Assembly (NCBI GenBank): GCA_965204375.1
Contig: OZ241986.1
Span: 352,001 to 416,000 of the forward strand
Reading direction: 5' to 3'
Source of the DNA: Candidatus Latescibacterota bacterium
GTDB lineage: Bacteria; Latescibacterota; UBA2968
Length of the DNA stretch: 64,000 nucleotides
A program made the position numbers and the translations under genes. Positions 19,804 to 28,775 of the stretch are shown in pieces. The notes beneath the pieces are model-generated. The model was not told where the DNA came from and made no database searches. It was given only the letters and a program-made list of their open reading frames with translations. Numbering within the stretch: position 1 is the stretch's first letter; each line of letters starts with the position of its first letter.

Positions 19804-21978
19804 TTACAACAAATTTCCCTGGACGGGTTCTTCGACAATTCCAACTCGAATGCGCTGGGCCAGGTTTGTGTGTCGTTCTGCAACCCGATTGTTGCGAACA
19901 GCCATCCCCAAGGCTTGTTTTGTGCCTACCAGCACGACCAGTTCTCGCGCCCGCGTAATGGCTGTGTACAACAAGTTGCGCTGTAACATCATATAGTGTT
20001 GCGTGGTCAAAGGCATTACCACGGCACGAAATTCTGCACCCTGGCTCTTGTGGACACTCATGGCATATGCCAGTACCAACTCGTCTAATTCCGAAAACTC
20101 GTATTCTATGACGCGGTCCTGAAACCGCACGCGCAATATATCATCCTCTATGCCCTGAACGCGCCCAATATCCCCATTAAAAACATCGCGGTCATAGTTA
20201 TTTCGCACCTGCATCACTTTGTCGCCTATCCGAAATCGGATACCGCCTCGCGTCATTTCCTGTCCTTTGGGATTTAACTCGTCTTGCAGGACATGGTTGA
20301 GATTGTTTGCGCCGGTCTCTCCGCGATACATCGGCACGAGTACTTGAATATCTTCAATACTGTCCAACCGATATGTGCGCGGCAAACGTGCAGCACACAA
20401 TCCACAAACCATCTCGACGACGTGATCGGGTTCCGAAACTTCGAGAAAAAAGAAATCCGCATCGCGATCATTCCGCACGTATGGCATTTCGCCGCGGTTG
20501 ATCGCGTGAGCATTGGTAACAATATGGCTCGTTTGTGCCTGTCGAAAGATTTCGTTGAGTTCCACGACTTCTACAATGCCAGACGCAATTACATCCTTCA
20601 ATACATTCCCCGCGCCAACCGATGGCAACTGATCGACATCGCCCACCAGGACTACCGAAGCGCTGATTGGAACAGCGCGCAATAGGCTGTTCATCAGAAC
20701 CGTATCGACCATGGATATTTCATCGACAATCAGAGCTTCGATCTCCAGGGGGTTCTCAAAATTTTTCTCAAACGCCATTTCAGACGGGCTAAATTTCAGC
20801 AATCTGTGGATAGTTTTTGCCTCATATCCTGTCGCCTCAGACATTCGCTTGGCTGCGCGTCCCGTTGGTGCTGCCAAGGCGATTTTTTTGTTTCGCGCCT
20901 CTAAAAGTGCGATCAGCCCTTTAATGGTTGTTGTTTTACCCGTTCCCGGGCCACCGGTCAATACCAGCAAATTGTGCGATAATGCTTTTTTCAATGCCAA
21001 TTTTTGACGGGGCGCGAATGTGACCCCGTCGCGCTGTTCTATGGCTCTGATCTCCGCTGGGATATTGCCCAGTTCAATGCGTTGCACTTGAGATAATTGA
21101 TAGCACCGCGTTGCCGCGCCCTGTTCGGCATAGTACAAATGCGGCAAATACACCCGCTCGTCATCGACGACTATCGATTCTTCGGAGAGCAATTGCGCCA
21201 CGCACGGTGGGATTGCATCGACGGGGACATCAAGTGCTTCGGCACACGATTCAATGAGCGCGTCTGCGGGCAAGAAAACATGCCCTTCTTTGTCTGCGGC
21301 TTCATTGAGTACATGCAAAAGACCGGCCTGAATGCGCCGGTTTGAATGTGCGGGTATGCCCATTTTTTGCGCGATGCGGTCTGCCGTCAAAAATCCAATC
21401 CCCCAAACATCTACCGATAGGCGATAGGGATTTTCTTGAATCAATTCAACGGCTTCATGCCCGTACCGCTTCCATATTTTTACGGCGTATCCCGTGCCCA
21501 CTTCGTGCGATTGCAAGAATAGCATTACATTGTGAATCTCGCGCTGGTCTTCCCAGGCTTTGATAATCCACTTTGCGCGTTTGGTCCCCAGTCCCTCGAC
21601 TTCGACCAGTCGTTTGGGATCTCTTTCAATGACATCGAGCGCTTCTTTGCCAAAGTGATTCACAATCCGCTTTGCCGTGACGGGTCCGATGCCTTTGATC
21701 AATCCCGAACCCAAATACCGCCGCATTCCCTCTACTGTAGATGGATGCACGGTCTGGTAGGATTCAATTTTGAACTGTGCGCCATATTGCTTATGGGTTG
21801 TCCATTCGCCTTCCAAAATCACGGTCTCGCCCGGGTTGATCGACAGCATTTCGCCCACAATGGTCGCCAGACGGTTGTTGTGTGCGGTGGATCCCTCTAC
21901 CTGCAAACGGGCAACCGTGTATCCATTCTCTTCGTTTTGAAATGTAATGCGATCTACAATTCCGCGAAGCTGAGCCAT
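19804..21978 (-). CDS. recD2: ATP-dependent RecD2-type DNA helicase
   Basis: N-terminal YG.QF / GLIKGIGP HhH region; TGGPGTGKTT, APTGRAAKR, VDEISM, VGDVDQLPSVGAG and AYAMSVHKSQGAEF motifs. Confidence 0.95.
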   Translation of the reverse strand: MAQLRGIVDRITFQNEENGYTVARLQVEGSTAHNNRLATIVGEMLSINPGETVILEGEWTTHKQYGAQFKIESYQTVHPSTVEGMRRYLGSGLIKGIGPVTAKRIVNHFGKEALDVIERDPKRLVEVEGLGTKRAKWIIKAWEDQREIHNVMLFLQSHEVGTGYAVKIWKRYGHEAVELIQENPYRLSVDVWGIGFLTADRIAQKMGIPAHSNRRIQAGLLHVLNEAADKEGHVFLPADALIESCAEALDVPVDAIPPCVAQLLSEESIVVDDERVYLPHLYYAEQGAATRCYQLSQVQRIELGNIPAEIRAIEQRDGVTFAPRQKLALKKALSHNLLVLTGGPGTGKTTTIKGLIALLEARNKKIALAAPTGRAAKRMSEATGYEAKTIHRLLKFSPSEMAFEKNFENPLEIEALIVDEISMVDTVLMNSLLRAVPISASVVLVGDVDQLPSVGAGNVLKDVIASGIVEVVELNEIFRQAQTSHIVTNAHAINRGEMPYVRNDRDADFFFLEVSEPDHVVEMVCGLCAARLPRTYRLDSIEDIQVLVPMYRGETGANNLNHVLQDELNPKGQEMTRGGIRFRIGDKVMQVRNNYDRDVFNGDIGRVQGIEDDILRVRFQDRVIEYEFSELDELVLAYAMSVHKSQGAEFRAVVMPLTTQHYMMLQRNLLYTAITRARELVVLVGTKQALGMAVRNNRVAERHTNLAQRIRVGIVEEPVQGNLL

Positions 21979-22030
21979 ATAAAACCTCGGCGAACATGTT
22001 CTCCCATCACACAATCGGAGTGGTAGAGGA

Positions 22031-22059
22031 ATTATACGACACTTGTCGCGGTTTTACAA
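22031..22059 (-). promoter_or_regulatory. Putative sigma70 promoter for recD2
   Basis: TTGTAA-N17-TATAAT on the minus strand. Confidence 0.6.
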
Positions 22060-22196
22060 GTTGTATCAAATTTGCAGTACACAAAATGTATAAAATCCGT
22101 ATATTATTGAAACACAACGTTTAACGGCTACGTCACAACGGAAAAGAGGTTGGCCCAAAAGCATTGACACACCGCATGTACCTGTCGGTGTGATCT

Positions 22197-22247
22197 GGGG
22201 TCCTCGCGCCGTCCCGCCAAGAACTCGCGCGAGGGCCTTTCTTTTTT
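22197..22247 (+). ncRNA. GC-rich hairpin with CCCGCCAAGA loop followed by a U-tract; candidate Acido-Lenti-1-like RNA motif
   Basis: 13-bp stem GGGGTCCTCGCGC/GCGCGAGGGCCTT. The loop resembles my recollection of the Acido-Lenti-1 motif and has not been checked against Rfam. Confidence 0.45.
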
Positions 22248-22510
22248 GGTACACGAGATGGTTGCCCTCGGGCCAACCATGTCACAAATTGAAATTTTCC
22301 TGAAAAACAAAAAGCACCTACCCGTCCCTCCACCAAATCGCCAAATTCGACGTAAGGAACAAGCAGGTGCCTCGTGGACTGGTATGGCAACGCTGCTGAA
22401 ACGCTGTGCGTTCCGAAAATATTGTTTTTTTCACAGGCCAGTCGGCGGAAAATATAGCCAATCTCATATTCGAGGTCAAGGTCAAAGACGAAAAAAAAGG
22501 GAGAGATGAA

Positions 22511-23128
22511 ATGAAGCGGTTTACTACCGTTATTTTGCTCGGCTTGATATGGACGGCTCATGCGGAAGAAGATCGCAAGACGATTTTGTTTTTGGGGGAT
22601 AGCCTGACCGCGGGTTATGGCCTGGATAAAACGCAGGCTTTTCCCACGTTGATTCAGGCAAAGATCGATTCGCTCGGGTGGACGTTTGATGTGGTTAATG
22701 GCGGACTGAGTGGCGAAACATCGGCAGGAGGGTTACGGCGGGTCAACTGGTTGCTGCGGCGAAAAATCGATGTGCTGTTGCTGGCATTGGGGGGCAACGA
22801 TGGCTTGCGGGGGATTCCCACGGCTGAAATGCAGCAAAATTTGCAGGGGATTATAGATCTCGCAAAAGAGAAATATCCAGATATTCAGATCATACTTATG
22901 GGTATTGAAGCACCACCGAATTTGGGAGATGCATATACGACGGCTTTCCGCGCAGTGTTCCCGGCTCTATCTGAAAAGAATCGCGTGCCTTTGATACCCT
23001 TTTTGTTAGAAGGGGTTGGCGGGATTCCCGAACTGAATCTGCCAGACCGCATTCATCCCAATGCTGCGGGACATCGGATTATCGCAGAAACCGTGTGGCG
23101 CATACTTAAACCGGCATTAAAAAAGTAA
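22511..23128 (+). CDS. Arylesterase / acyl-CoA thioesterase (TesA-like SGNH hydrolase)
   Basis: Signal peptide, GDSLTAGYG, NGGLSGETS, LGGNDGLRG and DRIHPN motifs. Confidence 0.92.
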   Translation: MKRFTTVILLGLIWTAHAEEDRKTILFLGDSLTAGYGLDKTQAFPTLIQAKIDSLGWTFDVVNGGLSGETSAGGLRRVNWLLRRKIDVLLLALGGNDGLRGIPTAEMQQNLQGIIDLAKEKYPDIQIILMGIEAPPNLGDAYTTAFRAVFPALSEKNRVPLIPFLLEGVGGIPELNLPDRIHPNAAGHRIIAETVWRILKPALKK

Positions 23129-23162
23129 GAAGTGAGAAAAAAGAGAAAGGAAGAATGTGAAA

Positions 23163-23249
23163 ATGGATTTGCCAGAACGACCATTTGAGAATGAATACAT
23201 CGCCATACTGACCAGCATCATCAAAAAAATGCAAAGCAAACAACTCTAA
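23163..23249 (+). pseudogene. 28-aa mini-ORF, probable internally deleted four-helix-bundle (23S rRNA IVP/bAvd-like) gene
   Basis: MDLPERPFE + NEYIAILTSIIKKMQSKQL resembles the N- and C-termini of four-helix-bundle proteins. It is flanked by inverted heptamer arrays. Confidence 0.55.
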
Positions 23250-23265
23250 CTTCACACTTCCTCCT

Positions 23266-25827
23266 TTACACTTCGCCTCGCAATATTTCGAGTGGTGGTC
23301 GGTCGGCGATGCCGCGACTGTTGAGCATGCCGACTAAGATGGTGAGCGCGGTGACGAGGGCAAAGACGCCGACAATGGCCGCAGTGGGCAGGGCAAAGTG
23401 GATGTCGAAAATAAAGACGGTGACAGCCCAGGCACCGCCAATAGAGAGTATGAGTCCCGTCAGGGTAGCGAGTGCGCCCAGAAAGGTGTATTCCAGCAAG
23501 AGTATGCGGCGAATCTGTTTTTGAGATGCGCCCAAAGTACGCAGCAAAACGGCTTCTTGAATGCGCTGATAGCGGCTGGTGGTGACTGCGGCAGTTAGTA
23601 CAATGAGTCCGGTAATCACACTAAAGAGTGCCATGAAGCGCACGACAAAGGCGATTTGTGAGAGTACATCGTCAACGGTTTTGAGAATGAGACCGAGGTC
23701 AACAGCCGATACATTGGGGTATTGTTGTACCAGTGTGCGTTGCAATACAGCGGATTGTCCGGTTGTGTTTATGCGCGTGGTCAAGACGTGAAACTGCGGA
23801 GCGGTTTCGAGTACGCCTTTGGGAAAGACGATAAAAAAGTTTGGCTGGATGCGCTGCCAGTCAACTTCTCGCAGGCTTTGTACTGTGGTCTGAATGGGCA
23901 CGCCCTGGACGTCGAAGGTCAGGGTATCGCCGAGCGAGACGCGAAGCGAGCGGGCAATGTCGCGCTCAAAAGAAATGGGGATGGGTTCTTCGGTCCGTTC
24001 TGTATCGATCCAGGTGCCGCCTACGAGGCGTTCTGAATCGAAGAGGTGATTGCGATAGGTCGAGCGGTATTCGCGTTGTATTGCCCAGCGCCGCACGTCG
24101 TGTATTCTGCCGTAGGAACGCGCCTCTTGACCTTTGATGCTCTTCAGACGCATGGTGACGATGGAGGCATGGTGAATGACGGGCAGATTCTGTTTGCGGA
24201 GTAACGCGCTTACGCCTTCAATCTGATCGGTTTGCACATCGACGAGCACAAAGTTGGGGCGGTTGTCGCTCCCCGCGATGGCAATTTGAGCGAGCAAGGC
24301 GTGTTGCACAATATAGAGCGTGGTGATGAGAAAGGTGCCGAGGCCCAATGCGAGCATGAGAATTACGGTCTGATTGTGTGGACGGTAGAGGTTGGCCAGG
24401 CCCTGTCGCCACACGTATTGCCAGGTTGTGGGAAAGAAGCGGCGAACGGTTTTGATGATGAGCCACGATGCGCCTATGAGGAGTCCAAAGGCAATGCCAA
24501 ACCCGATGGCAATGCCAATTCCAATGAGGATACTACTGGTTTGCACAATGCCCAATCCCGCGACAATGAGACAGATCCCGCCGATGGTCATCAGTTGTAG
24601 GGGGTCTATTTGGGATCGCGCGTTTTCAAAAGATGCCCGCAAGGTGTGTAGGGGTGATGTGCGGCGAATAGGCAACAGGGGGAGCAATGCAAAGAGTAGC
24701 GACAGACTCAGGCCAATGCCGGTACCTTGAATGATCGCCCAATAGGAAAACTGAATATCGAGTTCAATAGGCAGAATTTGTGCGAGAACACCGGGCAGGA
24801 GATACTGAATGCCCATACCGAGGAGAGAACCGCAGCCCGTGCCAATAAGACCCAGCGCGATAGCCTGGATGGCGTAAATGCAGAGGATCTGATTCGATTG
24901 CGCACCCATGCAGCGCAGGATGGCGACGGTTGTTATTTTTTGGCGCGTATAAACGTGAATGGCACTGGCAACGCCGATACATCCGAGTAAGAGGGCGGCA
25001 AAGGCGACAAGACTGAGGAAGATATAGAGATTATCCAATATGCGATTGAGGCGTCTTTGACGGCTGGCAACGGTTTCGGTACGCAAATTTTGATCCCCGC
25101 GGTAGGGGCGAAGCTCGCGCTGGATGGATCCGATTCTCGTGCTGCTATCAAACTTAAAATAGGCCGCATAAGACGCCAGACTGCCAAATTTGATGAGGCC
25201 CGTTTTATCGAGATGCGATAAGGGGATGTACACACGCGGTGCAACTGTGGCAAAGGCCATAGCCTCGCCCGATATTTTTGTGATGCGTCCGCCTATGACA
25301 AAGGTGTGGTTGCCAATTCGCACAGAATCGCCGACCTGAACCCCAAATTGGATGAGCAAGCCATCGTCGAGTAGCGCGTGATGGGTATGCTGAAAGGTCT
25401 TCGACGCTTGTAGTGGATTGGTTTCAAATGTGCCGTAATAGGGAAAGTCGCCTTGTAGTGCACGCACCTGTACCAGGCGGGTGCCGCCGTTTTTGGGAAA
25501 GAAGACCATCGAGGCAAAGCGCACTTCTCTGGATTGCTCCCCACCCCATGAGTTGAATAGGGAGTCAACCGCAGGGGCAAAAGCACGCTGGCTGCTGACG
25601 CGCAAATCAGCACCTAAAAGTGTGCGCGCTTCGTTTTCGACAACGCGTTGCAGGTTATCGCCCAGAGCGCGAACGGCCACGAGGCCACCCACGCCGAGCA
25701 ATATACAGGAAATAAAGAGTAGCAATCGGTGGCGATACGTGCGACTATCGCGCCAGGCCATGCGCCAGGTCCATGCGTTGAAGAGTGGGCTGGAGGTCTG
25801 ATTTTTAATGCTGGTGATTCGATCCAT
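23266..25827 (-). CDS. ABC transporter permease, YbbP-like (double FtsX)
   Basis: MAWRD.R, LLGADL, FPYYG, AILRCMGA, PNF.LVDVQ.DQ and E..LLRTLGAS motifs. Confidence 0.9.
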   Translation of the reverse strand: MDRITSIKNQTSSPLFNAWTWRMAWRDSRTYRHRLLLFISCILLGVGGLVAVRALGDNLQRVVENEARTLLGADLRVSSQRAFAPAVDSLFNSWGGEQSREVRFASMVFFPKNGGTRLVQVRALQGDFPYYGTFETNPLQASKTFQHTHHALLDDGLLIQFGVQVGDSVRIGNHTFVIGGRITKISGEAMAFATVAPRVYIPLSHLDKTGLIKFGSLASYAAYFKFDSSTRIGSIQRELRPYRGDQNLRTETVASRQRRLNRILDNLYIFLSLVAFAALLLGCIGVASAIHVYTRQKITTVAILRCMGAQSNQILCIYAIQAIALGLIGTGCGSLLGMGIQYLLPGVLAQILPIELDIQFSYWAIIQGTGIGLSLSLLFALLPLLPIRRTSPLHTLRASFENARSQIDPLQLMTIGGICLIVAGLGIVQTSSILIGIGIAIGFGIAFGLLIGASWLIIKTVRRFFPTTWQYVWRQGLANLYRPHNQTVILMLALGLGTFLITTLYIVQHALLAQIAIAGSDNRPNFVLVDVQTDQIEGVSALLRKQNLPVIHHASIVTMRLKSIKGQEARSYGRIHDVRRWAIQREYRSTYRNHLFDSERLVGGTWIDTERTEEPIPISFERDIARSLRVSLGDTLTFDVQGVPIQTTVQSLREVDWQRIQPNFFIVFPKGVLETAPQFHVLTTRINTTGQSAVLQRTLVQQYPNVSAVDLGLILKTVDDVLSQIAFVVRFMALFSVITGLIVLTAAVTTSRYQRIQEAVLLRTLGASQKQIRRILLLEYTFLGALATLTGLILSIGGAWAVTVFIFDIHFALPTAAIVGVFALVTALTILVGMLNSRGIADRPPLEILRGEV

Positions 25828-25895
25828 GAGGCAAATTAAAAATTAGGAATGGGGGCTGTTTGGGTGGACTGACCACTGATTTTGGGTGGCGGGGT

Positions 25896-25930
25896 ATCCT
25901 GTTCATCCTTTAATCCTGCACATCCTGATC
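25896..25930 (+). repeat. Degenerate 9-mer tandem array (ATCCTGxxC)
   Basis: ATCCTGTTC ATCCTTTA ATCCTGCAC ATCCTGATC; the opposite strand encodes the DQDVQD* tail of the ATPase. Confidence 0.7.
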
Positions 25931-26599
25931 CACTTTGCCACCTTGCAGGTGGATGATGCGCTGCGTGCGTGCGGCGATATCGTGATCGTGCGTGACGAGG
26001 ATGAGGGTTGTGCCCGCTTCGCGGTTGAGGTCAAAGAGCAGATTGGCGATGGTATGACTGCTGTCGGCGTCGAGGTTGCCCGTAGGCTCGTCGGCAAATA
26101 AGATGCGCGGTTGGTTGATAAAGGCGCGTGCAATGCCCACGCGCTGTTGTTCGCCACCCGAAAGCTGAGCGGGATAATGCGTCAAGCGGTCGCCCAATCC
26201 CACGCGGTCGAGCAATTCTCTCGCTTCGCCAAACACACCGTTTTTACCGCGTAGTTCGAGGGGAACCGCGACATTTTCAATGGCGGTGAGGGTGGGGATG
26301 AGTTGAAAGCTCTGAAAGACAAAGCCCACGTATTCATTTCGCACGGCTGCGCGTTGGTCTTCGTCGAGGCTGTCGAAGGCCATGCTGTGAAGGGTGACAG
26401 TGCCCGATGTTGGGCGATCAAGGCCGGCACATAATCCGAGTAGCGTGGTTTTTCCACTGCCCGAGGGTCCTACTATCGCACAGGTTTGGCCTTTGGGTAT
26501 GGTGAACGTGACGTTGTCTAAAACGGTGAGCGAATGTCCCCCGCTCGTGTAGGTGCGGGTGAGGTTTTGAACTGCGAGTGCTGTGTTTGAATGGCTCAA
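25910..26599 (-). CDS. ABC transporter ATP-binding protein, YbbA/LolD-like
   Basis: [26 protein letters not shown] and VTHD motifs. Confidence 0.93.
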   Translation of the reverse strand: MSHSNTALAVQNLTRTYTSGGHSLTVLDNVTFTIPKGQTCAIVGPSGSGKTTLLGLCAGLDRPTSGTVTLHSMAFDSLDEDQRAAVRNEYVGFVFQSFQLIPTLTAIENVAVPLELRGKNGVFGEARELLDRVGLGDRLTHYPAQLSGGEQQRVGIARAFINQPRILFADEPTGNLDADSSHTIANLLFDLNREAGTTLILVTHDHDIAARTQRIIHLQGGKVDQDVQD

Positions 26600-26698
26600 C
26601 TGATTACCCCTTGCGTCTCTGGTTGTAATTCTTACCTTTGTGAGACTTCAAAACATAACATAGAGTTCCATTATGTGCAAAAAATGAGTGGAGGAGAC

Positions 26699-27883
26699 AT
26701 GCAAGCTGAGATTGTGATGATTGGAACGGAACTGTTGCTGGGTGAAATTGTAGATACCAATGCCACGATGTTTGCCAAAGCACTGCGCGATATTGGAATG
26801 GATTTGTTGTATAAAACGACTGTGGGGGACAACGAAAGTCGGATTGCCGACGTTTTGGATATCGCACTGGATCGATCAGATGTGATTCTGACATCGGGCG
26901 GTATTGGTCCTACGGTGGATGATATGACGCGGCAATGTGTGGCGCGTGCAACGGGGCGCAAGCTCGTTTACAGTAAGGTATTGGAAGATCAGATTGCGTC
27001 GCGGTTTCGCAATTTTGGTCGTGAGATGGCAGATAATAACAAACGACAGGCGTATATTCCCGAAGGCGCGATACCATTGGAAAATCCCATGGGCACAGCG
27101 CCCTGTTTTTTGAGTGAAGATGCCAAGGGGCGCGGCTGTGTGATTTCGCTTCCGGGTGTGCCGAGAGAATTGGATTATATGTTGCACAAGGTCGTGATCC
27201 CGATTTTGATCGACCGCATGGGCGGGAGCAAAATTACAAAGGTACGCGTGTTGCGGACTTGTGCGGTGGGCGAGAGCAATATTGATCGCACAATTGGGGA
27301 TTTGATGACTGAGAGCAATCCAACGGTGGGATTGGCGGCGCATGCCGGGCAGACGGATGTGCGCGTGGCGGCGAAAGCGGATACGGAGGAAGAAGCCGAT
27401 GCGTTGATTGCACCGATGGAAGCGGAGCTCAGGAAGCGGCTGGGGGTTGCGATTTACGGTACGGGAAAAGAGACTGTGGCTGAGGTTGTGGGCGGTTTGT
27501 TGAGGGAAAACGGGCTGACAATCGGAGTGGTGGATACATTGACAGACGGTCAGATCGTGCGGGAGTTCGAGGAGAATGGCGCGGGTGATGTGGTGGTCGC
27601 GCAAAGGGATGCTAATATGGATGGAAAGGATGATCCTCGTGCTTTGACTGAATCGATGGCCCGGGCGGTTGCGCCCGAAGATGGCGTGGGGCTGGCAATG
27701 GTTGGCCCTTATAATGATGGCGCGACGTTTATGGCTGTCTATGGATCTGATCCACGGTCACGAACATGTATTGAGAGTCGCCGCTTTCAGGATTCAGATC
27801 ACATCCGCCGATGGTTGGTGATTCAGGGTTTGGATCTGGTCCGCCGGGCGGTGTTGGGCAAGTTGGCCTCGCCAGCAGATTGA
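26699..27883 (+). CDS. cinA: CinA family competence/damage-inducible protein (MoCF-like N-domain, degenerate PncC C-domain)
   Basis: IGTELLLGEIVDTNA, SGGIGPTVDDMT, GTAP and LPGVPRE motifs; RBS GGAGGAG before ATG 26699. Confidence 0.88.
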   Translation: MQAEIVMIGTELLLGEIVDTNATMFAKALRDIGMDLLYKTTVGDNESRIADVLDIALDRSDVILTSGGIGPTVDDMTRQCVARATGRKLVYSKVLEDQIASRFRNFGREMADNNKRQAYIPEGAIPLENPMGTAPCFLSEDAKGRGCVISLPGVPRELDYMLHKVVIPILIDRMGGSKITKVRVLRTCAVGESNIDRTIGDLMTESNPTVGLAAHAGQTDVRVAAKADTEEEADALIAPMEAELRKRLGVAIYGTGKETVAEVVGGLLRENGLTIGVVDTLTDGQIVREFEENGAGDVVVAQRDANMDGKDDPRALTESMARAVAPEDGVGLAMVGPYNDGATFMAVYGSDPRSRTCIESRRFQDSDHIRRWLVIQGLDLVRRAVLGKLASPAD

Positions 27884-27884
27884 A

Positions 27885-28775
27885 TTAAATGAAAGAGCCT
27901 CGTTTAAGAGCAGCCTGTGGATCATACCACACTGCTTTTACAAAATTCTGTATTTCTCGCACGAATTTCCAAACTATTTTGGCATCTATTGGAAATTGTT
28001 CATGCTGGCGTTTTACTTCGTAATAATTTCCTCTTTTTCCATAAGGAAGTCTCTTTGTTTTTCGCAGCAAAAAAACATTATCAATCTCGGTTAGTCTGCA
28101 ATCTTCAGGCTCCATATCTAAGTATTCCACCAAAGCGTAATATTTCGCAATAGGGCACCCTTGTTTCAATCGGGCGGCTGTACCTGCACATTCTTGAAAC
28201 ATGGTTTTATCATAATTCACTTTGATTTCTGCCGCAAGCACGGCCAAACAAAAACTGCCAGAAGTCGTGTTTTCTACCTCAAAACTTGCACTTGGCGAAA
28301 ATCTATAATGAATTGTTTTGCCAAGTGCGAAATCTTGATCTTTATGCTTTATAACCACTTGGGGCTTTCCCCCCAAATCATTTATACTTGGTGGAACAAA
28401 AGATAGAGATAGAAATGCTGTATGCGGTCCCACTTCTAAATCATACAAAGGCAATCCGTGTAGAATTGAAGGATCTATGACATGGATGAAAAATTCTTCC
28501 AGCACTGAATTATCGAGTTTTAGTTGTCCTTTTTGTCTCTTTATAAATTCAGATCCATGTCCAGTAATCAATTCGACTTCAAGATAATTTTTGTAGTCGT
28601 TTAAAAGGCTAACCATTTCCTCAATTTTCTGTTTACCAGTTGAATTTAAGGTTCCCATACTTGAAATCCAATGCTCGTAAGCTCCATAAGCCTCTTTCAA
28701 TATTGATTTGTCATCAATACATTTTGGATTTCTCAATGCCGCCAACAATTTTTCTCTATGGGGTGTTTTTGCCAT
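27885..28775 (-). CDS. Type II restriction endonuclease, Bpu10I/DdeI-like family
   Basis: RQKGQLKLDNSVLEEF, KDQDFALGK, AAEIKVNYDKTMFQE and YYALVEYLDM motifs; AT-rich; coupled to the MTase. Confidence 0.85.
   Translation of the reverse strand: MAKTPHREKLLAALRNPKCIDDKSILKEAYGAYEHWISSMGTLNSTGKQKIEEMVSLLNDYKNYLEVELITGHGSEFIKRQKGQLKLDNSVLEEFFIHVIDPSILHGLPLYDLEVGPHTAFLSLSFVPPSINDLGGKPQVVIKHKDQDFALGKTIHYRFSPSASFEVENTTSGSFCLAVLAAEIKVNYDKTMFQECAGTAARLKQGCPIAKYYALVEYLDMEPEDCRLTEIDNVFLLRKTKRLPYGKRGNYYEVKRQHEQFPIDAKIVWKFVREIQNFVKAVWYDPQAALKRGSFI

Noticed and set aside
22246-22509. 87-aa ORF upstream of tesA as a protein-coding gene
   Set aside because: No recognisable family, weak RBS and overlap with RNA-like hairpins. 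It is kept only as a possible leader within the structured-RNA finding.
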